NCBI GenBank assembly: GCA_051294375.1
Contig: CM119263.1
Coordinates: forward strand, 26,436,558 to 26,500,557
DNA length: 64,000 nucleotides
DNA from: Paraspadella gotoi
Taxonomy: Eukaryota > Animalia > Chaetognatha
Direction: 5' to 3'
The translations under genes were made by a program, and so were the position numbers. The number at the start of each line of letters is the position of its first letter. Positions within the stretch are counted from its first letter, which is position 1. This document shows positions 1 through 13,082 of this stretch, piece after piece. The notes under the pieces were generated by a model that was not told where the DNA came from, ran no database searches, and saw only the letters and a program-made list of their open reading frames with translations.

Positions 1-2356
1 GATGAACAGATTTTGACAAGGAGCAAGGATTTCGTAGTATCTTACTAAATCACGAAGCGTAAAGAAAACGTCGAAAAATGTAGAATAAATTGTGAATTAT
101 TTGTATTTTTGTAGAGACAAATCCATGGCAAATCAATGAAAAGTCGAAAAAATGTTTGTAATAAATCCTTGGATCCGTAAAAACTACGGTTCCAGACGGC
201 CGATCTTTTCTTTAAAAATGATTCTGATCGAATAACAAGTGACGAGGTTTTCGGCCGAAAGAAAGCCACAAGAAAGCAACTAGAACGGTGAAAAGATAAG
301 GTCAGCTAAGGTCAACCTAAATGACTAAAAAAGAATGACCCGACGCGAGGTAACAAAATATCTTACAATCCTGCTTGTTTTGCTTGGCTGCTTTCCTTAG
401 GTTTTTGGTTTTTTTTTTCACATTCCATCTTGCTTTTGATATTTCACTAACGCTTCGTAAAACATCTGGTGAGTGGACCCTTCTCCTCCCTTNNNNNNNN
501 NNNNNNNNNNNNNNNNNNNNNNNNNNNNNNNNNNNNNNNNNNNNNNNNNNNNNNNNNNNNNNNNNNNNNNNNNNNNNNNNNNNNNNNNNNNNNNNNNNNN
601 NNNNNNNNNNNNNNNNNNNNNNNNNNNNNNNNNNNNNNNNNNNNNNNNNNNNNNNNNNNNNNNNNNNNNNNNNNNNNNNNNNTTTTTTTTTTTTTTGTTT
701 TCGAACAAAAATCCAATCTTTTCTTCCTCCTTGTCCCGTTAGAGGAAAGAAAACGAGGGAAGAAAAAACAGAGAAGGGAAAAAAAAGATAAAAAAGAAAA
801 CGTAAAAAAAAACAGAAGGAAGAAAAAAGAAAATCTTGCGAAAGGAAAAAAAGAGAAACGTGAGAGAAAAGAGGTCAGAGGAAAGCGACGGTCGTGTTGT
901 GGTGAGAAATTATTGGCGTAGGCGTCAAGCCGGGCGGACGGGCGGTTGGAGAGGCTGGTTCAAAAATTAAATCCCGGAAATGAGATGCCGTGTTATGTTT
1001 ATGGTATCATGTTATGTTATGTCATGTCACTTATTGTACTATATCTTTCTTTCCATATCATTGATTTATTAATTTAATTTATGGTCATTCTCAATAGGTG
1101 ACGCTTTGTCAAATCTTTTTGCGTCTTTTTTTATTCAACACAAACGTTCATTTACAAATTATTGTACAAGTTATTGACACGCTCTCTCTCTCTCNNNNNN
1201 NNNNNNNNNNNNNNNNNNNNNNNNNNNNNNNNNNNNNNNNNNNNNNNNNNNNNNNNNNNNNNNNNNNNNNNNNNNNNNNNNNNNNNNNNNNNNNNNNNNN
1301 NNNNNNNNNNNNNNNNNNNNNNNNNNNNNNNNNNNNNNNNNNNNNNNNNCGTCGTCGTCTTCGTCGCCCTTCTTGACAGTTGAGACGAATCGAGCCATGA
1401 AGGGTTAAGCGCGGGTTCTTAGAGATCGAGCATCGACGCCAACTCGACAGTCTGCAACGCGTCATCTGGGAAGCAATGAGAGAATTATTCTCGCAAGACT
1501 CTTCAATTCTTCATACTGTCACTGAAGTTATATACTGATTTAAAGCTGACCGGGTTTTGCCCTCTTTCGTCTTCACTCGAGACTTTCCGTTCATATTTGA
1601 ACGGACAAGGCTGCATTGGAAAACGTCTTCGGTGTAGTGCGACGACAATCTTATTTCGACCTTAACGGTCCATGAGATGTATTGTACTAAATGTATCGGT
1701 TCCTAATGTCAAATATTGCTCTTGGGTCCTGAAAGAAAATAGTTTCGTCAAGTGCAACCTCTATTTATCATTTCCGTTCTTAACCAATTTGTCAAAGTAT
1801 TCAACTGAATGAGTTTTGACTTTCGGGGTTCAATAATTTGGACATCTCGGTAAAGGACAGCATTTTCAATTGTTATCATCAAAAGATGTAACACCGACGG
1901 AGGAAGAAAATTGTTACTTTACCTTCATACTAATTTGTCCTAGTTGGCTGCCACGCTTGCTATCACTCTCCCCAAGTCATTACCTATTTCTCCATACAAG
2001 TTGGATATTTGACACTACATTTTTACCTTACTCGTCAGCGTCTTCCCTTTTGCCACCCTTGCCACCTCTACAACCCCCGTCACTTCTGCCACCCTTGCCA
2101 GTTGCCACCCTTGCCACTTCAACCACATCAGCCATCTTCTTTTTCCCTCGAACAAGGCAACGACGCTAATGGGGTCTTACGACGTCGAGCGATTCCGAGA
2201 AAAAAGGGAAAAAGAAAGAAAAGGAAAAAAGAGAGAAAAAAAAACATAAAAAAGGAAAAAAAGGGAATCAACGTGAGTTCGCGGTGGAATTAACGGGGAT
2301 CGATTTCGGTGAAAGGGAAGTGCAATCACGGAAATAAAGAAGGAAAGAAAGTGAAA

Positions 2357-2357
<1 letters not shown>

Positions 2358-2452
<95 letters not shown>
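2358..2452 (+). repeat. (AAAG)n microsatellite
   Basis: Seen directly. Confidence 0.97.
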
Positions 2453-3048
2453 AAAAAAAAGAAAGAGATAAAAACATAAAGAAAAAAGAAAAAAAGAAAG
2501 AAAGTAAAAAAATCAAGCAAACAAGCAAGAATTACCTGCTCTCTTCATGTTCATCGTATGCAATGTCACTATAATCGCTATCATCCTCACGTCGCTTGTA
2601 AGATCAGGAAATTCAAATTGAAATAGACATCGTTCATTTCTCTAAACAATAAAAAAGGTTTTTCTTCCTTCCATGAGAAAGAAAAACTTTTTATTGTCTA
2701 TTATCTTAACATTACATAACTAAAAGAAGCTAAAAAAAATTTCAATCGAAACCGGCGACTAATGCTCGACGTCACGACGCGATCAAATTAATTAAATCTA
2801 GAGTAGAACTACTATGAGGCTGTCGAGGCTCGGCTAAATAATTGGAAGAGTCGCTCGGTCAGAATTGCCCCGTGGAATCTGGGTTAAGTTTTGAGGAGGT
2901 GGAGACGGAAGGGCGAAGAGCAAAGCGGTTCTAATCGACTCGGCCGGAGTTCAATCGGGTCTGTGAAAAAATTGGAGGGTGAGGGGAGTTTCGAAACAAA
3001 TGGGTAAGTGGAAATAGTGACATATTGAAATAGATTGGTTATAAAAAA

Positions 3049-3175
3049 GCAGGGTCCTGCTATATTATTAACTTGAAAGTGTGATGGAGGCCTTAAAGTT
3101 AAACCAGTCGGGGGCAAGATAGCTTATTCATTAAAAGAATGGATAATTCATTTTCATATTGGTTGTAACAATCTC
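3049..3175 (+). mobile_element. Fragment of the same dispersed repeat family
   Basis: Aligns by eye to 55799-55930. Confidence 0.72.
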
Positions 3176-6094
3176 ATATTCAAAACGTGTTCAAATTACG
3201 TGGTGAAAAGAAAAGGCTCCTTTTTTGGGATGGTAACGACGGAGCGGTGAAAGGGAAGGGCGATGGGGGGGCGGCGAGGGGGGGGGGGGGCGAAGGGGGG
3301 GAGAGAAATGGTGGTTAGGAAAGGAAAGATTCGTGGATTGATTAACTCGATTACCGACGAGGGCGATTTTCCCATCACCGTCTAATCCAATTGTTCGAGG
3401 AAACCGGGTCAAAACGAATGTCGGGGAGAAAGGGAGGAGATGGGGGCGAGGGGTCGAGATAAGAAGATGGCTCGAGGAGAAAAGGGAAAGGAGAATATAG
3501 AAGAGGTAATAGGTTTAAAAGGCCTAAGAGGGGGGAAAAAGACTGAAGAAAGTAACACGAAAAGGTTTAAATGGTTTAAAAACAGATGGAAGCAACAGAA
3601 AAAGATTTAAAAAAAAATAAAGTAACAAGTTAAAAAAGGTTTAAAAGACTGAAGAAAATGACAAGAAAAGGGTTTTAAAGCCATGAGGTAACAGAAAAAG
3701 GTTTAAATGGTTTAAAAGGTTTAAAAGATAGAAAGAGGTAACAGGAAAACGGAAAAAGAGAAAAGGAAAACATGGGAAAGAAAAGGTAAAAGAAAAAAAG
3801 TTGAGGAGGATAACGAAAAAAATAGAATATCAGTCGATGATGGAGAAAACGGGGGCAAAATATCTTGATGGAGAATCGTGACTCGTGTGAGGAAAATCTG
3901 AAACAGAGAGAAGAAAAAAAGAGATAAATGCTACTTTATTTAAGGTAAGAGGATGTAGAAGGGAGAGAGAGAAAGATGGCGCTCGAGACTGTCTCACCGA
4001 ATTCGGTTAAGAAAGAAAGAGAAAAGTGAGTGGATGAGTATCGAGGGAAAGAAAAAGAAAGAAAAATGAAAATGTAGGTGGAACGTAAAAGCGATTGAAT
4101 TATTTATTTTTACGTTTCCTTCTCTTCTTTATTTTTTTTTCACCTCCTTTCTTTATCTACCTTTATTTTTTTCTTCTTCTTTATTTTCTTATCAGTGACC
4201 AATGTTATTGCAATGAAGGGACGAGCGAGGGTCAGAAATCGGCGGTGGAAATTGCTGACCGGAATAGAGAAAAACGTTTTATATTTAAAGTCGAAATCGT
4301 TGTTGTTTTTATTTTTTGCTTAGTTTTTTTTAAGTAAAAGAAGTTACTAAGACGAGTTGAATTGATTATAAGTAAAAAAAACATTTACAAAACCTTAGAT
4401 ACAAAGAGGCGCGTACAAAAGACAGGAGCAGAAAATAAGAGAGAGAGAGAGAAGAGCAGTGTGGAGAGAGAGAGAGAGTGAAAGAGGGTGAGCGACTCGA
4501 CTCAATTTCCGAGTCGTGGTTTTTCTTTTGCTCCTGAATTAATGGGTTGTTGTAGTTGTTGTAGTTGCTTCTGTTTTGGCCTCAGGTTAGACTCAGACTT
4601 CGACTCCTTCGCTTCGCTTCTCTTTTTCCTCTTTCCCTTTTTTCTCTTCCTTTTTCTTTTCTTCTTTCCATTTCGTTTTTCTCTATTTCTTCTTTCCGCA
4701 TTTACAGGGTCTTCCATCTGGACTAATACGAAAAGATAAAAAAAGATCAAAATAAAGAGCATTTGGGTTATAAAATTGTTTCGTATTAATAGAGAAATAC
4801 TCTTTCTACCAACTCGTAATATTCTTGCTAGGATAGTTGATATGTTATAAATATTTTTCTCAGAGGGTAAATTTCTGAAAAAGCATTTTTTATAAATTTG
4901 TACTCTGAAAGTGGATCTTATTATCAATCCTTTAGTTCCCATTAAAACAATTAATTTTTTTCATGTTTCATTTTTATGATTAATAAGATACTGTATTAAA
5001 TGTATCACGGGCAAGAATAATTTCTTTTTATAATATGAATAATACTAGATAATAATCATCATATTTTCCCTTTAAAATCTATTAAAAATAATTTCAGCTT
5101 TGGGAAAAAAATATTATGAAAGATGACTTTGTTGATAACTAATAGTTACTATAGTAAATAAGTTAGGTTTTACATGAGAATTCTTTTTTATAATAACAAA
5201 TTACCAAATTAACTTTTTATCAGAATTTTTTTTTATTTTTATGCTAGATAACTTTACAATCAGCGTTATTACTTGTTAAATTATTAAAATCTGTTAAAAT
5301 TTGGACGAAAAAATGAAGAAAAGTGACTCTGCGCTTGAGAACTTTGAAGATTTTTTAGGTCAATATTAAAGAAAAGTAGTTTTCTAGCTAATAAATATTA
5401 CAAAAATAATATACAGTAAGAGAGTTACGAGTTTAATCAAATCTTTTCGTATCAGTCTAGATTCAAGACCCTGTATGTCATTACTTTTCTCACCGTTTGT
5501 TCCTCTGGACCTCCTTTAAAATTCCCGGTTACACTCTTATACTTAAACTGACCCCGTTTCATTTTCCCCTCTTTAATTCTCCATTTTTCTGTTCTTAATA
5601 CCTCCTCAATATTTTCCTCCTTCCTTTTATCCCCTCCTCTATCCCTATTTTGTTTTGTTTTCATTTTTCCCCGTTTTTTGTTTTTCCATTTCCACATGAC
5701 TTTTTCTTAAACTTTTTTTACCTTGACTCTTGTAAATAGTTTTCAACAAAGTTTTATTTTACTTTTACATATTTTTTTCCCAAAGGTGAGACCCACTTTG
5801 GCCTAAGATCTGATCCCTCCTCATTTTTCTCCTTTTTCCAACTCCATGACTTTTTCTTGTTTCGACGCATCGGATTTTCATGGCGCCCAATTTTCGTATT
5901 ATTGACTCCTCGACAAAGCCTTGTTTCTTTCTCCAAAGCTAGTCTCTCTCTCTCTCTCTCTCTTTCTCTTCTCTTCTTCTCTTCTCTTCTCTCTTCTTTC
6001 TGTGTCTTTCCGGTGAACCGCGAACCATTCATTTCACAACCAGAGCGAGACTTTCTCCCCATTAAACCTTAGCTTCAGAAAGTGCGTTTGTCGC

Positions 6095-6163
<69 letters not shown>

Positions 6164-7659
6164 TCTCTCTCTCGTCTCTCTGCTCTCTGCTCTCGTTTTT
6201 TCTCTCTGACGGTGTTTACGTTTCGATGAGGCCGCTTAGCGTAATTGCACTTTCCACTCGAGGTTCCGATCCATCAGCCTTACCTAAACTTACTTTTCTT
6301 CCTCGCCGTGCTTAACTCCGTTGAGTCGTTTTGAGCATTAGTTCAAGTTCAACGTCCGTTTCGAGCGTCACGTTCGAATCTGTCTCTCGTTGCTAGGCGA
6401 TGGGGGACGCGATGAAGAAAACGACTGAACGTTTCTTTGACTTGTCAAAAGGCGATATGGATTAGCGCTGCTTCATAACGTCATCATGACACCACTGTAT
6501 TATTGTGTCATTGCCATGTATCTTACATTTTCTCGTTAATAATAAAAAATCACATTTTTCTTCAAAGTCACATTGACAATAACAAGACTCAAGAGCGACA
6601 TCATGACTCATCATGACTCAGCCTGAAATGTGATCATTGATTTCTTTAGATAAACAACTATCTCACGAAATCGTCTTCAATTGAAACGAATCTTCTACAA
6701 ACTAAAACACTGTTCTCTGTGCAATGATACGATTTCCAATTTCCAGCTGATTTCATTGTCTATTACTTTGTTCCCATAGCCAAATCTAATATCATTGCCG
6801 TCAGCGACTTTGGCGTCGCTTCTGTCAGCAAAAAACTGATCTCCGCCAGGAAATGGCATTTGCCAAAATCGGGCGAAATCTTTGGCCTCACTCGTCGTAT
6901 GCTCTCGCCCACGAGAAACTTTGTCTGTCTGTCTGTCTGTCTGTCAGTTTCCTCTCTCTCTCTCCACTCCTCGTCGTCTCATTCTCCTCTCTTCCCTCAT
7001 CTCTCTTCATCTCTCTCTCTCTCTCTCCCGCTCCTCTCCGTCTCTCTCTCTCTTCACGCTCTCTCTCCTCTGCTTTCTCTCCCTACTTCTTACTTCGTGC
7101 GCGACGCTTTCTTTCAGAATAGTCGTCCTTCGTTCAAACTTGTTCCCGCCTCCCAAAAAAAAAATCCGGATTCTCCGACGATTTTTCACTTTTGTTCCGA
7201 CTTTTGTCGCCGACGCGGTCTCTCAAGGCATAAATCCAAACGCTCACATCACCCTCAACCCGGTCCCTCCTCCCCGTCAGCCATCTGTCCGCTCGTAATA
7301 CCGTGAGCCGATTTTCTACCCCCAACCAGCCCAACACTCATCTCTCTCTCTTCTCTCTCTCTCCTCTCTTCTCTCTCCTCTCTCCTCCTCTCTCTCTCTA
7401 TCCTGCTCTCATCTCTCTCTCACCCTCCTTTACTTACCTCTCCATCTGCACACATCCTCGTCTCTCTCCTCTCTCGTCTTTCCATCCCTTTTATTCGCTT
7501 CGAAAGAGAGCTCCACGATTCTACGTCGAGGACAGTCACGCAGAGTGAGAGAGATCTATCATGATTTTATGATCACGAGTCGGTGTCACAAATGACAGAC
7601 TGTTGAGGCGACTATATACGGCGGGATTATTCCTTTATTCCCTTGTTTTTCCTGTTTTG

Positions 7660-8205
7660 TTTTTTCTCCCGTTGAAAGAAATAAGGCCCGTGTGGCTCCG
7701 ACGTTGTAACTCACAAAGAGGAGATAAAGTTTAAAATTATATTTTTTCTCCCATCTTATTTTAGGCTAGTAAAATTACGCACCCATTAATTATACAATCA
7801 TAGGATATTATTTTTCTCCGTCCATTGAAAATAAGGACCCGTGGTCGAAACGTTGTATTACAAAGAAGATAAGTTTAAAATTACTTTTTTCTCTCAATTT
7901 AGGCGAGTAAAATCACACGCTACTATTATACATCATATATCATTTTTCTCCCATTGAAAAATAAGGACCCGTGGTCCAACGTTGTACTTACAAAAAGAGT
8001 TAAGTTTAATATACTTTTTCTTCTAATTATAGGCTAGTAAAATTCGGCTACTATTATACATCATATATCATCTTTTTTCTCCCATTGAAATAATGGGACC
8101 CGTGGTCCAACGTTGTACTTACAAAGAGAGTTAAGTTTAAATATACTTTGTCTTTTTCTTCAATTTAGGCCTAGTAAAAATCACGTACTGAACTACATAC
8201 ATATA
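7660..8205 (+). repeat. ~130-bp tandem minisatellite, ~4 copies, with a GGACC-cgt-GGTCC hairpin followed by (GA)AACGTTG
   Basis: Units start near 7660, 7811, 7943 and 8074; shared ccattgaaaa-taaggacccgtggtcc-aacgttgtacttacaaa...aggctagtaaaa. Confidence 0.9.
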
Positions 8206-8704
8206 TCGGTTACGATTGTAATTTGAAAAACTAGAACTCAAAAATTTTTCTGACCGACCAAAGAACATAAACAAAAATATATTGACCGACGGTGGAGCGA
8301 TCGGACAGACCCCTTTTTTATTTTTCGGGCAACCGACGCCCTCCGGTTCAAGTCAAGGCACGAGCGGCGTTTCTTATTCTCGCCACCAGGGCGCACTTTT
8401 TTCTCTTTGTTCCTTTTTTTCCTCTCCAGCGCGACGAACGTTATTTATGAGGGAAAAGAGAAAAAAAAAAAACTTTCCTTTATTTTTTTCATTTATGCAT
8501 TAATGGGTTTTTTTTTTTTCCATCCAGGGAAGGAAGTTTTTATTTCAAAACTTTTCTCCCCTCATATTTTTTCACTCTTTTTTCGTTTTGTGTTTTTTTT
8601 TTTATTATCTTTTTTTTTTTTTATGGTCTTCATGGGATTTTTAATTCGGAAAAAATTATTAGTAATTCTTTCTTGTGGAGGCGAAAAAACTCGATATCCT
8701 CCCC

Positions 8705-9215
8705 GGGGAAGGGATAAAGGGAGGAATGAGGTCATTTGAGTGTTAGGGGAAAGGGGCCGGGCAAAGTGGGAGGGGAATTGGGGGGGAAGGGATAAAGGGA
8801 GGAATGAGGTGGCATTTGGGTGTTAGGGGAAAGGGGCCGGGCAAAGTGGGTGGAGAATTGGGGGGAAGGGATAAGGGAGGATGAGGTGCATTTGGGTGTT
8901 TAGGGAGAAGGCCGGGCAAGTGGGAGAGGGAATTGGGGGAAGGGATAAAGGGAGGAATGAGGTGCAACTTGGGTGTTAGGGGAAAGGGGCGGGCAAAGTA
9001 GGAGGGGAATTGGGGGAGGGATTAAAGGGGGAGGAATGAGGTGCATTTGGGGGTAGCGGAAAGGGGGCGGCAAAGTGGGAGGGGAATTGGGGGAAGGGAT
9101 AAAGGGAGGAATGATGCATTATGGGGTTAGGGGGAATGGGGGCGGGCAAGGTGGGAGGGGAATTGGTTTGGGGGTTGGGAGAAAGAGGGCGGGCAAAGCG
9201 GAAGGGGAATTGGTT
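8705..9215 (+). repeat. ~77-bp G-rich tandem minisatellite, ~6.5 copies (G-quadruplex-prone)
   Basis: Unit ggggaagggataaagggaggaatgaggtgcatttgggtgttaggggaaaggggccgggcaaagtgggaggggaattgg. Confidence 0.92.
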
Positions 9216-9946
9216 GGTTATGTTGAAAAGTGGTTATGAAAAGNNNNNNNNNNNNNNNNNNNNNNNNNAGTTGAAAAGTGGTTATGAAAAGGCAAAAAAG
9301 GAAATAAGAATTATAGAAGGAAATGTTTAAGAGACAAGTTAAGGGAAAGGTGAGTAAAAGAAAAGAATTATAAGAAAGTAAAACAAGCGCCATCTTGCAT
9401 TGAAACTTGTCCCACATGGAACCAGATATTTGCGTCACCTATGACGCCATTCCGTTCACCCTTCACGTGTCAACCTCATCCAGCGCTTCGTCACCTGATC
9501 CTTCTTGATCGATATGTTATTGTAATTATCGTTCGCTTTGAAAATAGGATTGTGTGGCGAATCCTAAATTTTGTATTTCGATCAAGACGTATCAGGATTC
9601 TTAATTATAGAGTTTAAAAAGTAAGATTTTCTTAGAGGAGCTGAGATAAAGTTTAAACTATCAAAAGTGTTTTCTCTTCACCTCAGGCACATTTTGTCAC
9701 AGAAGACGTCTTTTTTTTATTCTCAAAGTTTAAAAAAAAAATTGGAGGAAGCAAATTTTTGAGTTAAAAAAGTTATAATATTACATCATCTAACAATTAG
9801 TTATATACCTAATGTTATTTTCTCATGATTTACCGGAGGCGTCTCCCGTTTATTGTGTTCTTTAAACTGCGATATCACAACGGAGCGCACGACCTCCTTC
9901 CTTAACATTTCCGGTTTCTTTCGAATGCCCAAGAGGGAGAGTACGA

Positions 9947-10072
<126 letters not shown>

Positions 10073-11658
10073 GTCTTTCTCTCTCGTTTCAATTTTGCGG
10101 TCACAATTTTTTTTCACCTTTTTTTGTTGTCGTTTAGAGATGCTCTTTTTTTCTGTTTCGTCTTGAGGGCGTGTCTATGGCGCCTTTCCTCAGGGCGAGC
10201 TTCGTTTGCACTTAAGATTCCCTCGCACGCTCTCTGCGATGTCGTCGCATCCTTCGTTGCGGACAACGCCGTGGACAAGGTCAAAGTCTGGCGTATGAAA
10301 GGTCATTAGATCGAACCCTGTCATTGCCACTTTTTCGTTCAAGTGAACAGGATCCAACAACGACAAAAACAACAACAAAAACAACAATAAAAACGAAAAG
10401 TAAAACTTCAAAAACAACAATAACTGCAACCATTAAAAATAAACCAAAAATTCGACAATAATAACAAAAACTTCAACGACAACAAAAACAAGCATCCACA
10501 ACGACGACGACGACGACGACGACGACTACCTGACTTTCGAAGAGAAGCGTCATAAAGAAAAAAAAAGGAAAAAAAGAGGCCGCGTCGAGGTTTAAATCTC
10601 AATCGGAATCCATCACAGACAATCGTGACCCGAGGCGAAGAATTTGCTTCCGCCAAACGAGAGGAGGGAGAGGAGGAGGAGCAGGAGGAGGAGGAAGAAG
10701 AAGAAGAGGAGGGACTGACTCGACAAAATTGATGATGGATTACCCTCGAAGAGAGAGAGAGAGAGAGAGGAGAGAAAGAGAGAGAGAGAGAGAAGAATTT
10801 GGTAGTAAAGAGAAGCGTCATTTGCCATTTCTTCGACCATCCATCTTTCTTTTTAACGAGGATGGAAGCGAAAGAACTCACTTTTTTTCCCTTTTTTTGC
10901 TTGTGATATGTTTGGTGAGGGGAGGGGTGAGGAGAAAGAGGGAGGAAGGAAGGAAAGAAAAGAAAAAAAAAACAGTGAGGGGCTAGGGAAAGGCTTCGCA
11001 GAAAGAGTCGGTGGGTAGCGTGGGAGGGAAAGTTTTTTTCCACGATTTTCGAACAAATGACTCGCGCGAGATCGTCTAGTTTGGGAAAAAAACGTGAAAG
11101 AAAACGATTTTTTAATACTATATTTTGTAATTAGCTATTGATTTTAATATTCCTTTTTTTAACTTTGTTGTATAGTTTTAACTTTTTTTTTCCCCTTTTT
11201 TGTTTAGTTAATTGTTCGGTTATTTTCATTATCTTTTTTCTAAGGTAATACAAAAAAAACTTCAATGACACAAAGAAATTTGAAATGAAAAAATGGTTAA
11301 AAAAATTGCTAAAATGTTTTTTCATACAAACAGACCGACGGACCGACCAAAAACCTTTCCTCATAAAGTCTCCACAGTCTCCCCTTTTTTTCGTCAGAAC
11401 GAGGGAGGCCGTACGTTATGGAAATTATCATTTTTTTTCATCCTCCCCTCCGCCCGTTCGGTTGCCACGCCCTCCTAAGTCCGAACCTCGAGCTTTCGTC
11501 TCTCTCTTCTCTCGAGCCTCGATCTCGCGATGAGCATAAAAGAGTCGACGGTAAACTGGCGATAATCGTCGTCGTCGTCGTCGTCGTCGTCGAGCAATGA
11601 ATAGATAAGCCAATTCCAAGGATAGACGCTTGAGATACTTTGATGCTTAGCCGATGAG

Positions 11659-11772
<114 letters not shown>

Positions 11773-12195
11773 ATTCTTTTTTCTCAATAAAATGAAAAAG
11801 AGTTATTCCTCGGAATGGAGATGAAATGAAAAATCTATGAGCGGCGAGGGGCCTGTTTTTCTTTGCCTCCATCTCTCTCTTTATAATTTCTCTTTTTCCT
11901 CTATCTTCCGCCCTGTACCGATCCTTATTCACGATCACATCTTAGCTCATTGTGACAGTAGTAATACTTTATTACAAATTTAGTGATCATTTTTCCATTC
12001 TCTTGACTTCATTTAACCATTGATAAATATAACTTCTGTCTTAACTCGCTTTGTCCCCTTTCCACTTTGTCTCCTAATCGACTAACGCGTCCGTCGATCC
12101 GTCTTCATCCTTTTTTCTTACCCCGTCGAACTCCTACCGCCATCACGCGGCATATTTATGCGACGTGGTCGGCGGCTAAAGCGTCACCGTCTCGC

Positions 12196-12335
12196 GTTGC
12201 CAAGCTACGGTTGCGAGAAGCTCCTTGCTATAGCGATGGAAGGCGACAAAACGGTGTTTGCTTGAAAGATGGAATGAGAGTCTTTACGTCGCTAAGCGAC
12301 GGAAGCTAGAAGCGCGTTGCCGAGGCGACGGTAAC
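12196..12335. promoter_or_regulatory. Cluster of four RFX X-box-like palindromes
   Basis: GTTGCCAAGCTAC 12196, CTTGCTATAGCGAT 12224, GTCGCTAAGCGAC 12288, GTTGCCGAGGCGAC 12316 followed by GGTAAC. Confidence 0.45.
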
Positions 12336-12549
12336 GACCCGTCGAACACCGCGTATGGGCCATTGGAGAAAGTCGGGAGAATAGAGTGCGATATAAATCT
12401 GAGAGAAAGGGTGGAGAAGAGAGGGACGATAGAAGAGTGGATGAAGAGAACTATTTTCCGAAAGTCTCATTTTTCTGTTCTTAGAATGTTCTTAATATAA
12501 ATTATTAATCTAAATCCTTCAATTATATCCACTGACCATAACCCCCTCA

Positions 12550-12625
12550 TCCCTAAACTAAACAAAATCCGTTACCTAATCCCTAACCCTAATCTCTTAC
12601 CTAATCCCGATCCCTATTCCCTGAC
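12550..12625 (+). repeat. Degenerate interstitial (CCCTAA)n-like tract
   Basis: ccctaaacta, cctaatccctaaccctaatc, cctaatcccgatccctattccct. Confidence 0.6.
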
Positions 12626-13082
12626 ATAAATGTTAAACTTAAAATCTTATTTAATTTAATGATTATGAATTTAAGCTGAAAAAGAATGCTTTTAGAAAAT
12701 ATGGCCTAAAAGGAGTGGAGAGAAATTGATGGTAGTGGAGCAAAGAGATGGAGACTTGGAGAGGGCAAAAGGGAAAAGAGTTGGAATCGAGATCGATTGG
12801 GAGAGAGTGAGATGTGACAACGACGACCCCCGCGGGGGAAGAAGGGGAGGGGTTGAAGGAGATTAGTGGGGGAGGAATTTAGGTGTAAAAAGAAAGGAAA
12901 AGGAAAGAGAAGAAAAGGAAAGAGACGATAGTTTTACGTTGGAGGTGGAAAGAGGGGGAAGGAAATAGAGGAAAAAGAGAGGAAACCTTAAAGTTGATTG
13001 AAATTAAAGAAAATAAAAAACAAAGATGGTTTAAAGTAGAATTTGAAGGAAAGAGAAAAAGAAAATAGAGGAAAGAGAAAAG

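Noticed and set aside
1410-2140. Minus-strand exon-like pieces (MADVVEVARVA..., ...FPMQPCPFKYERK..., DALQTVELASMLDL*) with some splice signals
   Set aside because: In-frame stops and incompatible phases prevent a consistent model; no recognisable family.
7660-9215. Tandem arrays as CRISPR
   Set aside because: No unique spacers and no cas genes; eukaryotic context.
12550-12625. True telomere
   Set aside because: Short, degenerate and interstitial; more likely an internal tract of a non-autonomous element.
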